DNA from: Octopus sinensis | Taxonomy: Eukaryota | DNA length: 64,000 nucleotides | Reading direction: 5' to 3' | Assembly: GCF_006345805.1 (NCBI RefSeq) | Contig: NC_042999.1 | Span: forward strand, 76,508,001-76,572,000 | In this document: positions 14,788 to 28,505 of the stretch, one piece after another | Numbering within the stretch: position 1 is the first letter of the stretch | Layout: each line of letters starts with the position of its first letter | Program-made: the position numbers and the translations under genes | The notes under the pieces: model-generated | What the model saw: the letters and a program-made list of their open reading frames with translations, nothing else | What the model was told of the DNA's origin: nothing | The model's database searches: none

Positions 14788-16672
14788 CTATGGTGAAGAT
14801 GGAGAACTTGTTTTTTCCCCTTCAATACTAATATTCTTAGCAAAATTTACATAAAATTTCATCGACAAACATTTACTCGCCACATAGAACGAAAAAGTAA
14901 TCAGTATTTGCCCCGGTTCCGGACTCTACATTTTATCAAAGACCAACTTAGATACACCTATTCTATGTAGATGGACAGTATAAATGGAATCGATCCGTAT
15001 ACCAGTGTCATCTTAAGGCCCGGGCACACTGGGCAACTGTCTGGAGGCTTTATTTGTCTGAGAGCTTAATTCTGTTCCATTATGTTGTAGCTTGGTGTTA
15101 GTAAATACTATAGAACCCAGTGCATTAATTTGCCAAGGGTTTATAATGCAGCGAAGACGGTCCTGCCATATACCACATCCCTGCATTAATGAAAATCGAT
15201 TTTGCGTCCATGTAAGCTACATTCTAACTTTCCTCTCGGTTCTGATAGGTTTGACTTCACATGCCCTTCAGTAGAACACTTGTAAATATTACAATGCTTC
15301 CATTGTTTTTTCTGCCTATTTAATGCTAGGTACATTGCGCCTCTGAGATACAGGTGACTTGAGTAAGAGCAGAGCGTAATCTCATTGACAAACTAAATAT
15401 TAATTAAGCAGAGGTAGCTTTGTTAAACTTTTCATTTATCTGTCAATATTTTCATTTATTTCGTCAATTTATATTAGGGAATTGATAAATTTTCATAGAT
15501 CTGATAGTAAAGCTGTCTAGTCACATTGGTTTCACCTATAAGTGCAATGCACTTATAGCAAGCATATTCCAGCTTCAAATGTGAGGCTATGTGTTTCTCA
15601 ATAAAATATCTAACACACGTAATTCAATCAATTTTTTTATATCGTTCTTTTTCTCTATGTGTGTGTGATAGAGGTAATTGATTTTTAAACTTTTGTTATT
15701 GCTTAAGCATGTCAGGTGAGTCGAGTGACATATATTCTTAATTCCAGTTACTTTGTGACACATTGCTCTTGTTGCCAGCTACTACAACTTCGCAAAATCA
15801 CCAACGACTACTATACAGTCACCAGAACTGCTATCACCATTACATTTAGCGCTGCCATTAAAAACCATGAGGCCAACATCAACATTGCTATTACATCTAC
15901 CACTTGTATTACTTACACACATCAGTTACACTATGAGTATTACAATCGATGCAACTACCTGTGCTGATATTACACGCGCGCGCGCTTACACACACACATA
16001 CACATTACATCTTTTAACACTACCGTTATAAACATTCGTCACTACAATTACCACTATAGCATAAAATATCAACACTATTTCCATAGCCAACATCACCAGC
16101 GTTGCCACATGTAATGATCACATATATCTCTTGCATACGCTCAAATGCATCTATCACCGCCAACGCCAACATCACTGTCTCCGCTATCGACACCGTCGCT
16201 TTTAAACACGTATACCTCTACAACTATGACTCCGACACTTCCACTACAAATCTACCACCAAAATTACCATCACCGCCGCATCTACCACCAACATCATCAT
16301 CATCATCACAATCAACAACATCACGTAAATATATTAGATATTGTGTTAGTTTTACTTCAATTTATTCTATATGACAGTATATTTTCAAAGATTTCTTCGG
16401 TTACATTTTTGACTGACATTTAAATATGAACATTCCACGGAAATATTTTCACCAAATTCCTTATACTTAGGAATTATTTATAACACTATATATCCAGAAA
16501 TATGTATTTATTTTATACGCGAACATATGAATATTTGTGAAATAGATTGACAGAAAGGGAAAGAGAGAAAGAGAGACAGAGAGAAAGAGAGACAGGGAGA
16601 GAAAGAGAGACAGAGATATAGAGGTGAGACAGGTGTATTTGTCCATATGATTTTATTGATACATGCATAAAT

Positions 16673-16715
<43 letters not shown>

Positions 16716-17154
16716 TTATCTTTTTGTTCCAGTCACTGGGCTGTGCCATGCTGTCGCACCATTTTTCAGGGGTTTTAGACTAAGAGATCGACACCAGTTC
16801 ATTATTTTATGCATGTTACTTATTCTACCGGCCACCATTTGCGGTACCGCTAACCAAACCATCGCCAGTAGTCAAGAGGTGGGGCGGGAGACAAACACGC
16901 ACACATAGAAGGGCAATGGATTCGGACAAACGGAGATTCGTTGTGATATTAAGTTCTAAGTTCAACTCGAACCAAGTCGAAGGTACAAATAGAAATTAAC
17001 TATTCCATACCGCATTAAATATGTAGTTTTATGCCAATGTTTCTAAAATTTTATTTTGTAGATTGTTTGCAATCATATATTACAGAATGCAGATATACAC
17101 ACCCAGGTAAATTTATATACACATATATCGTAATGTGTTGTTATTATCATCAGT

Positions 17155-17638
17155 GAGTGAGAGAGTAGCGCATTCCACCTAAGTAGCACTGGGGTACAAA
17201 TATACGAAGCCCAATATGCCCATCATGGCTACCATATGTTAGCGACATATCAAGATAAGCATCACATGATCTTGCAGGATGGCCCAGTTAGAAGTACCTT
17301 CAGGTCGAGTAGCCCATCCAGCTCAAAAGGTCCTTGAATATGGTTTGTTTAAGGTTGATGAACAAAACACCCATGTTTCCAGAAGTGAATTATTCAAACC
17401 TCAAAGAATTCCTCTCAACATATTGCTATGATGCTCCCCCCACAACTACTTCTCGTGATCAGAGATGCACATATCGTCAATCATTAAGTGACATGGTCAC
17501 CTGCTTAAGGTCAAGCAACTGAGAAACGAATCTCTGGTATTGAGCAAAATATGCGCTGTAGCTCATCTTTTATATCAAGGCAAAACATATACATGATAAC
17601 ACGTCTGATCATTTAAGATCAAAAGCCATGAAAGTCAC
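17155..17638 (-). mobile_element. Non-coding interspersed retroelement, family F
   Basis: Reverse complement is colinear with 60492-60845 (gggagcatcatag..tgttgagagg..ttgaataattcac.tctggaaacatgggtg..gggcttc.tatattt). Both end ctc.ctcactc before an AAT/GAT-rich tail. Confidence 0.7.
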
Positions 17639-17710
17639 TACTACTACTACTACACTACTACTACTACTACTACTACTGCTGCTGCTACTACTACTACTAC
17701 TACTACTACT

Positions 17711-18023
17711 AAAGCGATTGGGAAATACAAGCCAATAAAAGATGAGATTGCACGAATGTGGGCAATATAGCACGTAGTATAGGGGAGTTGGGTGCATGAA
17801 ATAACCGGGTTTGAGAAATTTGTTGGAGAAATTGGGATTGACAAGAGGGTAGAACATGCTCAGAAAACTGCTTTATTGGGGGGCAGCGAGGACTTTGAGA
17901 TTGGTATTATATATTAAGTATCGTGGATGAAATCCTTGTGAGACCCTTGACAGCAGGTCGGTGTTCAATCTTACAAAATTAGCTAGAGCAAGTGAAATCT
18001 AGAGCTCTGAGAAATGAAACGAC
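17711..18023 (+). mobile_element. R4/Dong-like element, 5'-truncated 3' fragment with 3' UTR
   Basis: KAIGKYKPIKDEIARMWA..VV.GELGA..FEKFVGEIGIDKRVEHAQKTALLG.AARTLRLVL (frameshifted). Flanked by (TAC)n on the 5' side and an (AAT)n tail on the 3' side. Confidence 0.75.
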
Positions 18024-18065
<42 letters not shown>

Positions 18066-19489
18066 CTTTTCTACTGTAGGCACAACGCCTGAAATTTGGG
18101 GCCAAGGATTATGTCGATTACATCGACCCCGAAACGATGAAACTCAGAACGTAACGATGGAAGATATGCAGATAATTATTTTCAGGATCTGAAAATATGG
18201 GAGTGGAGATAAGGCGATTACATCGACCTCAGTACTCAACTGGTACTTATATTATCGATTCCGAAAGGATGAAAGGCAAAGTCGCCCTCGGCAGAATTTG
18301 AATTCAGAACATAGCGGCAGACGAAATACCTATTTCTTTACTACCCACAAGGGGCTAAGCACAGAGAGGACAAACAAGGTCAGATAAACGGATTCAGCTG
18401 ATTATATCGACCCCAGTGCGTAACTGGTACTTATTTAATCGACCTCGAAAGGATGAAAGGCAAAGTCGACCTCGGCGGAAGTTGAACTCAGAACATAGTG
18501 GCAGACGAAATACCTATTTCTTTACTACCCACAGGGGGCTAAACACAGAGGGGACAAAGAAGGACAGATAAACGGATTCAGCTGATTATATCGACCCCAG
18601 TGCGTAACTGGTACTTATTTAATCGACCCCGAAAGGATGAAAGGCAAAGTCGACCACGGCGGAATTTGAACTCAGAACATAGTGGCAGACGAAATACCAC
18701 TTGGCATTTTGCCCGGCGTGCTAACGATTCAGCCAGTTCGTCGGTTTACATAATAATGATGATAATAATAATAATAATAATATAATAATAATAATAATAA
18801 TAATCTTTTCTACTGTAGGCACAACGCCTGAAATTTGGGGCCAAGGATTATGTCGATTACATCGACCCCGAAACGATGAAACTCAGAACGTAACGATGGA
18901 AGATATGCAGATAATTATTTTCAGGATCTGAAAATATGGGAGTGGAGATAAGGCGATTACATCGACCTCAGTACTCAACTGGTACTTATATTATCGATTC
19001 CGAAAGGATGAAAGGCAAAGTCGCCCTCGGCAGAATTTGAATTCAGAACATAGCGGCAGACGAAATACCTATTTCTTTACTACCCACAAGGGGCTAAGCA
19101 CAGAGAGGACAAACAAGGTCAGATAAACGGATTCAGCTGATTATATCGACCCCAGTGCGTAACTGGTACTTATTTAATCGACCTCGAAAGGATGAAAGGC
19201 AAAGTCGACCTCGGCGGAAGTTGAACTCAGAACATAGTGGCAGACGAAATACCTATTTCTTTACTACCCACAGGGGGCTAAACACAGAGGGGACAAAGAA
19301 GGACAGATAAACGGATTCAGCTGATTATATCGACCCCAGTGCGTAACTGGTACTTATTTAATCGACCCCGAAAGGATGAAAGGCAAAGTCGACCACGGCG
19401 GAATTTGAACTCAGAACATAGTGGCAGACGAAATACCACTTGGCATTTTGCCCGGCGTGCTAACGATTCAGCCAGTTCGTCGGTTTACA
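18066..19489 (-). repeat. 739-bp tandem duplication of a composite SINE-C array
   Basis: 18066-18750 and 18805-19489 look identical by eye and are separated by (TAA)n. Each contains two 184-bp internal units (18331-18514, 18515-18698). Confidence 0.9.
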
Positions 19490-19500
19490 TAATAATGATG

Positions 19501-19542
<42 letters not shown>

Positions 19543-20141
19543 TCAGTTCAATAATACAACCCAAACATAAAAAAATTATCTATATAGTAAATATCCAATA
19601 AAATAAACAATCACCACAACATATACTCCTCAGGTCGGATGAACAGCAGAAGAACACAATTCGCATTATACACACAACACAGAATACAAACACTAATACA
19701 AGAGAAGACTGCAAACAGACCCCATAAAAGAAGCAAAATGACGCAATACAACATGGGGAAGAGTTTGCACTCCCCCAACGAAGACTGAATGCTGCACACA
19801 CCCCAGCAACACGAAGGTGCAGCAAGTGATGCAATAGAAATTTGCCTGAAACTACCAAATGTTGAATAATAATAATAATAATAATGATAATAATAAATTC
19901 TGTCATCGGCAGAAGGTGAAACCGGATATAGTCGATTAGATTTACTCTATTTTTTTTACTGGTATTGAAGAAAAAGATAATCGAGACGAGATTGAGTCTA
20001 GATGATTGGAATGCAGTTACGCACTAAATAACACAAACCATTCATCCTTGTTCTCGACCGTTTTTAACCAATCAGATTTAAAGAATCATTGATTTCATAT
20101 TAAATTTACAATTTTGATAGCTAGATAGATAAATAGATAGA

Positions 20142-20150
20142 TAGATAGGT

Positions 20151-20203
<53 letters not shown>

Positions 20204-20204
20204 C

Positions 20205-20260
<56 letters not shown>

Positions 20261-20262
20261 GC

Positions 20263-20332
<70 letters not shown>

Positions 20333-20358
20333 TAGATAGATAGATAGATAGATAGACA
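20142..20358. repeat. (TA)n followed by (GATA)n/(GACA)n microsatellite
   Basis: Seen directly. Confidence 0.95.
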
Positions 20359-21039
20359 AACGATAGAAATTAATTACTTTCATCGGTTTTACTGTTTAGT
20401 TTCCTTTATATTTATATTTCGCGAGCGAATATGAAGAATTCAGAAAATTCCTAAAATCCAAGGAATTAGAAGCTTATCGGAATTATACACAACTTACATT
20501 TATTGATGTTTTATTATTACTTTATTTTTATTTTTTAATGAAAGCACTAATCCCATTTTGAACTAATATATTTGTTCAACTTCATTGCAACGATGAGAAG
20601 GGTGTAAATAGATAGTGAAGAAATCACTGCAGCGCAGTGAGTGGTTTTTAATATTTGAAGACGTGGAAGAATTGACTTGTCAAATACAAGTAGAAAATGA
20701 TTATGCAGATGGAATTGTATTCGACGCTAAAGCTGATAGTGTTTTTACCGAAAGAGTTCATGACTATCCATTGGAAACTCATAATCAGGATTGTAGGTGT
20801 ATACGTAATGGTAACTTGTGAAAAACTTAATTGACTTTCTGAAAGACATAACACAACATTGTGTATGTTTTATCAGCCACCTTTCACATTATTAAAATAT
20901 AACCTATAAAACACTTATAAAGTAATAGCGTACTATTTATCTAAATACTAAAATTATGTGACCGTTTGTGTGGAGCGTGCGTATGTGTGTAAGTGTGTAG
21001 ATATGTATGTACAGAGAGATGTGAGTGTGAATACATAAT

Positions 21040-21042
21040 TGC

Positions 21043-21078
<36 letters not shown>

Positions 21079-21305
21079 ATATACATATATATATATACAT
21101 ATATATATACATATATATATATGTACATATATACATATATATATATTATACATATATACATACATATATATATACATATATATATACATATATACATATA
21201 TATATATACATACATATATATATATATATATACATATATATACATATATACATACATATATATACATATATATATATATATATACATATAATATATATAC
21301 ATATA

Positions 21306-21336
<31 letters not shown>

Positions 21337-21430
21337 TATATATATATATATATACATATATACATATATATTATATATACATATATATACATATATACAT
21401 ACATACATATATACATATATATATACACGC
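21040..21430. repeat. About 390-bp compound (TA)n/(TACA) array
   Basis: Seen directly; source of the YIYI ORFs in the track. Confidence 0.95.
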
Positions 21431-22377
21431 TCAAAAACGCACACATGGGTGCACATAATATGTATATGCATACATTTGTTGTTTGCACAGATATATGAAT
21501 AAACATATGCTTATTTATGTCTATACGTACACAGAGACATACGCGCGCGCACATACACACACACAGCATATTGTATTTCGGGCGTGTATGTGTGCGTGAG
21601 GAATAGAATATTTAATTATAATTTTCCTTTAATCTGCTTGCTTATAGTTCTGGAAGCCAATTGTGTCTAGAGGGATATTTCTCTGATATTTCAAGGTAAA
21701 CAAAATAACATTGAAAATCTAGAAGGTCAATCGAAATCTTCCGCAACCATAAATCCTGTGTTTGTTGACACGAAAAATGGACCAGTAATCCTTAAGCTCA
21801 AATCTCTAAGTAGCAATTAAACAAATAACAAAATGTTCAAAGCTAACCGCCAAGGATAGAAGATTGCGACTACGCTTTAGTATCTATATTTCCTGAATAC
21901 TTAAAGCGTGGCCGAGTCATGAGAGGAGTCCTTACTCCATAACTCGATGTTGTAAGAACTAGCAGTAAAATTGCTTTCCAGCTGACTTCACCGCCTTCAC
22001 AAAATACATTCTATACCGTAAACCTAGATACTCTGCCTCAGAAACAGACGTGGTGGACGTTTTTCAAACACCTATGCTTCATGAAACAACTACCAGGCAA
22101 GTGATAGATGAAATGTCGACATTAAAGTAGAAAAAGACTCCCGTCAAATAGTAAGTAGTTACATGCACCTTAGTCTATTAAATGTATTTCAAAACAAACA
22201 TATGATATAAGCTATATATATATACATAAACAAACTCACAAACACATATGAAATTGAAATCCTTTGTCATGACTCAACTTTCACACATCAGCGATCTTTA
22301 GGCGAAAACTCTACAATAATTATTGAGTACTTTTTACATCGTTCATCGAGGAAGTATAAAGTTTGAACTTATATGTG

Positions 22378-22577
22378 AGAAAGAGAGAGAGAGTGAGAGA
22401 GAGAGTGAGAAAGAGAGAGTGAGAGAGAGAGAGTGAGAGAGAGTGAGAGAGAGAGTGTATGTGAATGAGAGAGAGTGTGTGTGAGAGAGAAATGTGTGAG
22501 AGAGAGAGAGTGTGTGAGAGAGAGAGTGTGTGTGAGAGAGAGGGAGTGTGTGTGAGAAAGCGAGATAAAGAAAGAGG

Positions 22578-22612
<35 letters not shown>
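22378..22612. repeat. Compound (GA)n/(GT)n array
   Basis: Seen directly. Confidence 0.9.
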
Positions 22613-22614
<2 letters not shown>

Positions 22615-23505
22615 AGAAGTGTATGCGCGCGTGTATGTAGTACGTTTTAAAGAGAGACAGAGAAAGACACAAAGCAATAGGATAGGATAACAGCTGAACT
22701 AAGAACATGTATGTTTGTATGTGCATGTGTGTGTGCATTTCCGCATGTATGTGTGTGTGTGTGTTTGTTTAAAAGGGGAGGAGAGAGAAAGTCAAATATA
22801 TATGTTTGCGTGTATTTATGCATATATATATATTATGTATGCATGTATGTACATGCACGTCGCATGCCGATGTATCTGCAGCACAAGTTATCTTGATTCA
22901 TCAGAATGATGCAAGGGCGTAAAGTGGATTTCCGTCGTACGATGATAGCATTTATTTACCTTATACCATATGCGTCAATAGAATAATCGGTGACAATTGC
23001 AGGCAGAAATCAAACCGATCATTCGGGTGAGATAATAGCCGTATCAATATATTCTATCCAGCTCAGGCTTTTTTCGCACATGAAAGATTCCGATGAAAAA
23101 TCCTGTAATGTAGAGAACAGTACTAGCCGCTTTCTTTTTTTCTTTTTTTTTTTTTTCCTTTTAACGAGCTCCGTTGAACATCGCTTCGGGATGGGTTGGG
23201 TTGTGTTGCGTTGGGTGGAAGTCTTCGTTGGGTTTGCTTACTGGCGGGTTGGAAGGTTCGATAGTAATGGAGATAAGAAGGGAAGTCGATGTTATTGCCT
23301 TCGATGAATAAACGAACGAACGTGCGAATTAAGGAACGAAAGAATAAATGAATGTAAGGTGGTAAAAATTCTTTTTATATACGTGATATGTAAGACGGGA
23401 AGGATGTAAATCTTTAAAAGTAAAAAACCAACATATCTATATTTCTGTGTGCGTGTTTGTGTGTGTGCGTGCGTTTATATACATACACGCACAGATATAT
23501 ATTAT

Positions 23506-23577
<72 letters not shown>

Positions 23578-23578
23578 G

Positions 23579-23647
<69 letters not shown>

Positions 23648-26256
23648 GCGATTGTGGATCCGAGTTTATGTATATAAATGGGTCTGTGTGTATGAACGTA
23701 AATATGTAGAAATACTTGTACTCACATATGTACAAGCATTGAATCTTGCTCTGGAAATCAATACAAAACGGCATTACGACTACTTAAATACACAAATACA
23801 CACGTCGGAACATTCCAATATTACGCTATGTTCGAATACACATCCACGCACACACATACACACGCACACGCTCACATATACGCACACACACGCGCACACA
23901 CACTCACATATTTGTATATGCGTGTGTATATTTTTGAGTATCTGTGTGTGTTTTTATGTGTTTATATGTCTTCTTTTTTTCCCTTTATATTATATCAATT
24001 TTAAATATGGAAATGTTTTTTTTTTCTTCTCCCTTTTTGCAATTTTTACCATTAGTCAACAAATATGTTTTTCTTGAATATATTCTTCGTATTTCTTCAG
24101 CAAAATAGCAATTACGAAATAAAGATATCTTCTTTAAAAGGCAAGAACACATCTTATCATCAATCCTATTTATTCATTTCCAATTGAAAGCCTGGCAATT
24201 CAGCTTATACCATTAAATTACTATTGCATTTTATTAGAACGTAAATGTCAATATCGTGAAGAACGGCCGCTGTTATTCATACAGCTTTCGTCATTTATGA
24301 ATATCCCAGATATATAGAATACCTTATAATGCTAAACGGACGATTCCGTTGTCAAAGTTCCCACGAACAAACACTTCAACATGAAATGCTAAATATGATT
24401 TGAAATATGTTTTACTTTTCTGACCAAGCTATGAATAGCAAATAATGAAAAATCAATAAAAATATAAATAACAAAATGAACTTTTTTTTCATTGAAAAAT
24501 TTCCTTAATCGATGTCTGTATGCATAGGTGGGTGCGTGTGATGGTATATATATATATAAATATACACATATACATATGTATGTGTGTATATATATTTATA
24601 TATATGTACACATACATACATACACGCACACTCATATATATATATATATATATATACAGACATACCTATATACACCCTCTAGTTGAAATCAATAAGAGAA
24701 ACAGAATAAAAGAATATATAGGTATACACATATATGTATACATATATGCATATATATATGTATATATATGTACATATACGTATATATACATACATACACA
24801 CAGACTCACTCACACACACAAATATATATACATAACCACACCTCCTGGCCGCAAGCAGCGAGAGAATAAATGAATAAATCATATATATATACGCATACAT
24901 GTATTGTACACATATAGTGATATATATTTGCACCACATACACACATGTGTGTGTCTGTGTATATTTATGGCGTTCTATGTGTAATGCATTATGCAAATAT
25001 GATTTATGAATATCATACATTTTACAATATATACTATGTATGTGAATTTGTGAATAAGGGGTGTGTTATTGTTGTAATTGTTCTTGTTGTCCTGATTCTT
25101 GTTGTTCAACCTCATTTCAGCCTTGATTAAGAAGTCCTATATCCCTAAAGTAATCTTAGTTGTCATTTTCCCGTTCTTCTATAGCTACGTATGACCACAT
25201 TGGCGAATATTTGCAGTCATCTTAAGGTTGTACAGTTATTTGCGAACGGTATTTTGTAGCTATTTCTTGTAGGACGAGTATTTTCGAAAAGTGTCTGTCT
25301 TTACGAGAGCTGTGGAAAACCAAATCCAGAGCACATAATCCCCTTTGCTCTATGCCTCTTTAAAATACCTCCTGAAAAGGTCATTGAGAAAAATCCCTTT
25401 TATAACTTCAATATATAATGCCAAATTTCATATGGATTTATAATTTCTTGCTCATTCTGCTTTACATTGGACAAGAAATAATTACATCGAGAGAATAAAA
25501 AAAATAGTCCATTCTACCAACTGAAAAATCAATAGAAGAGAAAGTGACGTGTCAGAATGAACGATATGAAACACTTTTTATTACTAACAGGAAAAATTAG
25601 TTATTCACAATCGGGAATTAAATGTACGAAGATGTTTGTCATATCTGCCCATAAACAGCCAAAGGCTACTTCCAGTCAGAAATTGTGACAGATGGGACAT
25701 GTCTACGTTTTAGAATAATTTTATTGCAAAATAGATGCTGGTTTCGTTTTTATCAAGTAAAACCATTACAATCTGAAACAACTTGCCTAGTAAAAGGAAA
25801 ACACACACACTCGCACACATACAGAAACACACACTCTCACACACACACAAATACACACACGCATGCACACACAAACACACAATTAAGTGATTCTAAACTT
25901 ATTCCTCCTTTTAGCTCCTTTATTACCTTCTTTCTGCAAAGCTATGGATTATAAATAACTTACAACTTAATTTTGACTTAAATTCGCTTATAGCATACGA
26001 TTCTTTGAACTGTAGCGATGAGTTGTTGGCAAAAAGAAACATAAATACGGATTAACAAATTCGAATTATTTTGAACATTAACCTCATAATAAATATAGAA
26101 ATATAGTACAGATGATGGGGCGAGTGCAGCATTTCATAAGAACAATACAAGATACTAAATTTTGTGTGTGTGTGCGTGTGTTTTGTATGTGTTTTATTCA
26201 ATCACATTTCCGTCTAAACGAGAAAAAGATTTTTTTTTTACCACATATTGCGTGTG

Positions 26257-26476
26257 GGAGTAAAGATTGTTTGCCAACATAAAATGGCAGTCCTGATTTA
26301 GGACGAATGTTGCTTTTCAAACAAGGGAATCTAACACCCCCACCCTTGTTCGAAACTATAAGGACACAAACCGTGCCGTATAGCCAGCTGGAGACGATGT
26401 CTCCTGGGGCTAAATTACAGCAACATTCGTCCTAAACCAGGACTGCCATGTTATGCTGGCAAACAATCTTTACTCC
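26257..26476. mobile_element. 220-bp MITE with 58-bp terminal inverted repeats
   Basis: Left arm 26257-26314 (ggagtaaagattgtttgccaacataaaatggcagtcctgatttaggacgaatgttgct) versus the reverse complement of 26419-26476 shows 3 mismatches. No clear TSD. Confidence 0.8.
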
Positions 26477-26679
26477 AAAGTACTGTTGCTGAATATCTAG
26501 TTGTGAGATTTAAAAATAGTAATTTTTTAATATTGTGTGTTTTATGAATTTTATCGCTGGCTTCAAGTCTCCCGGATATGTTTTTCAAAATTTCATGTTT
26601 AATAGTGTTATCTTGTGAAAAGTGTTTCCTTCAGATGCTCTCCAATTTATTATAAACATGCATAGATGCATATATAATA

Positions 26680-26745
26680 CATACATACATACATGCATAC
26701 ATACATACATACATACATACATACATACATACATACATACATACA

Positions 26746-26776
<31 letters not shown>
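26680..26776. repeat. (TACA)n microsatellite
   Basis: Seen directly. Confidence 0.95.
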
Positions 26777-26777
<1 letters not shown>

Positions 26778-27544
26778 GATGTAAACACTTCCTTTGTTAC
26801 AAGTCATGGGCGATAATGTTACGAATCACATGTGTCTGATATACGTTCCTCGCTGGAATCAACAAAGCCAATAGCACATTTATGTATAACGCGTAATATG
26901 AGTGGCGAAAGATTAAGTGTCTGATTCTAGTTTTCCTCTGAATGGAAATAATCAGAGCCTTTTATCAGTTTACCATTGTCTGAGCTAATTACCCGTGTAA
27001 ACGGTCAAAGCCTCTATAAAGGAAATGAACCGTGCAAGATATATCTGTAACATTCGAAATCAGCTGATAAACGATTACGAAACTGGATTAGGACGACTGA
27101 GAAATGCATTTGTCTTTGAATTACGGATTAATGAAATTCGAAAAGGTGTTTGATGAATATGTTCAGAATCTGTTAGAAAACATGTTATAATCCTGGATGA
27201 GTAGATCAAATGGAAAACAAACTGATCGATAATACATTATTTAGGAAATAGATACATTTCTAGTAGAAAAATTAATTGATGAATGGTAGATAAATAAAGA
27301 TAAGAAACGGTTATGTCTAGGCGATAGAAACCCGTGGATTTTGCGTGTAAAGATAAAGTGACTCGCTTCCAAAATTGATTGACAAAACTAGACAGAGACT
27401 GAGATATTTAGTTTAGTAGAAATCATAGATAATCAAGGTAAAATGATTTCTAAATGAAAGTAACATCACCCATAAAAGAAAGGAAATTCGTTATCAGTAA
27501 AAGAACATGCGTTCCCTCTGCAATCACAAACGAGTTGCCTTTTC

Positions 27545-27800
27545 GCTTTGCTTTTTCTACTGTATTACAACGGTTTCTACTGTCCTGAGCTGTTTGGTTG
27601 GCATAAGTTCCACCACGTTATCCCACTGCTTCACATCCAACAATCATCCTTATTGTCCATAACTTTCTCTCTAATAAATGAAACTCTCCGGAATTCCTTC
27701 CACGCCCACGTTTCTCATATACACGTGGACTTACAAAAGTTCAAACTAAACAGCGGCTGTATTGAGCTTAGTAATTTTGAAGAGCTTACGTGTTCTTAGA
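27545..27800 (+). mobile_element. CR1/Jockey-group LINE 3' coding relic
   Basis: LF.LYYNG...EL...SNNHPYC...TL.NS.HAHV..IHVDLQKFK resembles the LFYRYY..CS.EL...HPY.V...LWNSLP.HVFP...LQ.FK C-terminal pattern of CR1-like RT proteins (by eye, several frameshifts). Confidence 0.5.
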
Positions 27801-28099
27801 GCACGCTCTTTCCGCCTTCTTCACCAACAGATAAATAAATCAGTCAGATTGCTTTAACAAGCGTTTAAGTAACTAATGTTGTTTTCTTTATTCTTCTTTG
27901 TTTGTTGTTGCTGTTATATGGAAGCAACAAAGTGTCATATTACATCACATTCCACTGTGAGCAAGCAATACTGCAATGAAGTGTGAATAAATAGAAACCG
28001 AAAAACATGCCCCAATAAAACAATTTGAAGATACAAATAATAATAATAATGGCAAATAACAGAAATAAACAACAATAATTCAGGTTTTCTAAATAATGA

Positions 28100-28232
28100 T
28101 TAAGATGATGATAATGATGGTTATGGTGGTGGTGGTGGTGGTGGTGGTGGTGGTGGTGGTGGTGGTGGTGGTGGCGGTGGTGGTGGTGGTGGTGGTGGTA
28201 CTGATGATGATTATAACAGCAACAACAACAGC

Positions 28233-28266
<34 letters not shown>

Positions 28267-28293
28267 TAATAATAATAATAATAATAATGATAA
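28100..28293. repeat. Compound (GGT)n/(AAC)/(AAT)n trinucleotide array
   Basis: Seen directly. Confidence 0.95.
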
Positions 28294-28473
28294 TATTTTA
28301 CTTCTAACAACTTCTGTTCTTCGACACCTACACTAAATTTCTGAACCATTTCCAAGAATATTGGATTCTACAATCAATAATTTCGTTGCAAGGCTCTTTC
28401 TCTTTCTTTTCCTCTCTCTTTCTCTCTCTTTCTCTCCCTTCCACACTCTCTCTCCCCATCTTCTTTCTTTCTG

Positions 28474-28505
<32 letters not shown>

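Noticed and set aside
18066-19489. CRISPR-like repeat array
   Set aside because: Eukaryotic context; the units are 184 and 739 bp SINE-derived with no unique spacers.
20615-20821. 68-aa acidic ORF
   Set aside because: Non-ATG start in the track, no recognisable motif and no convincing splice sites.
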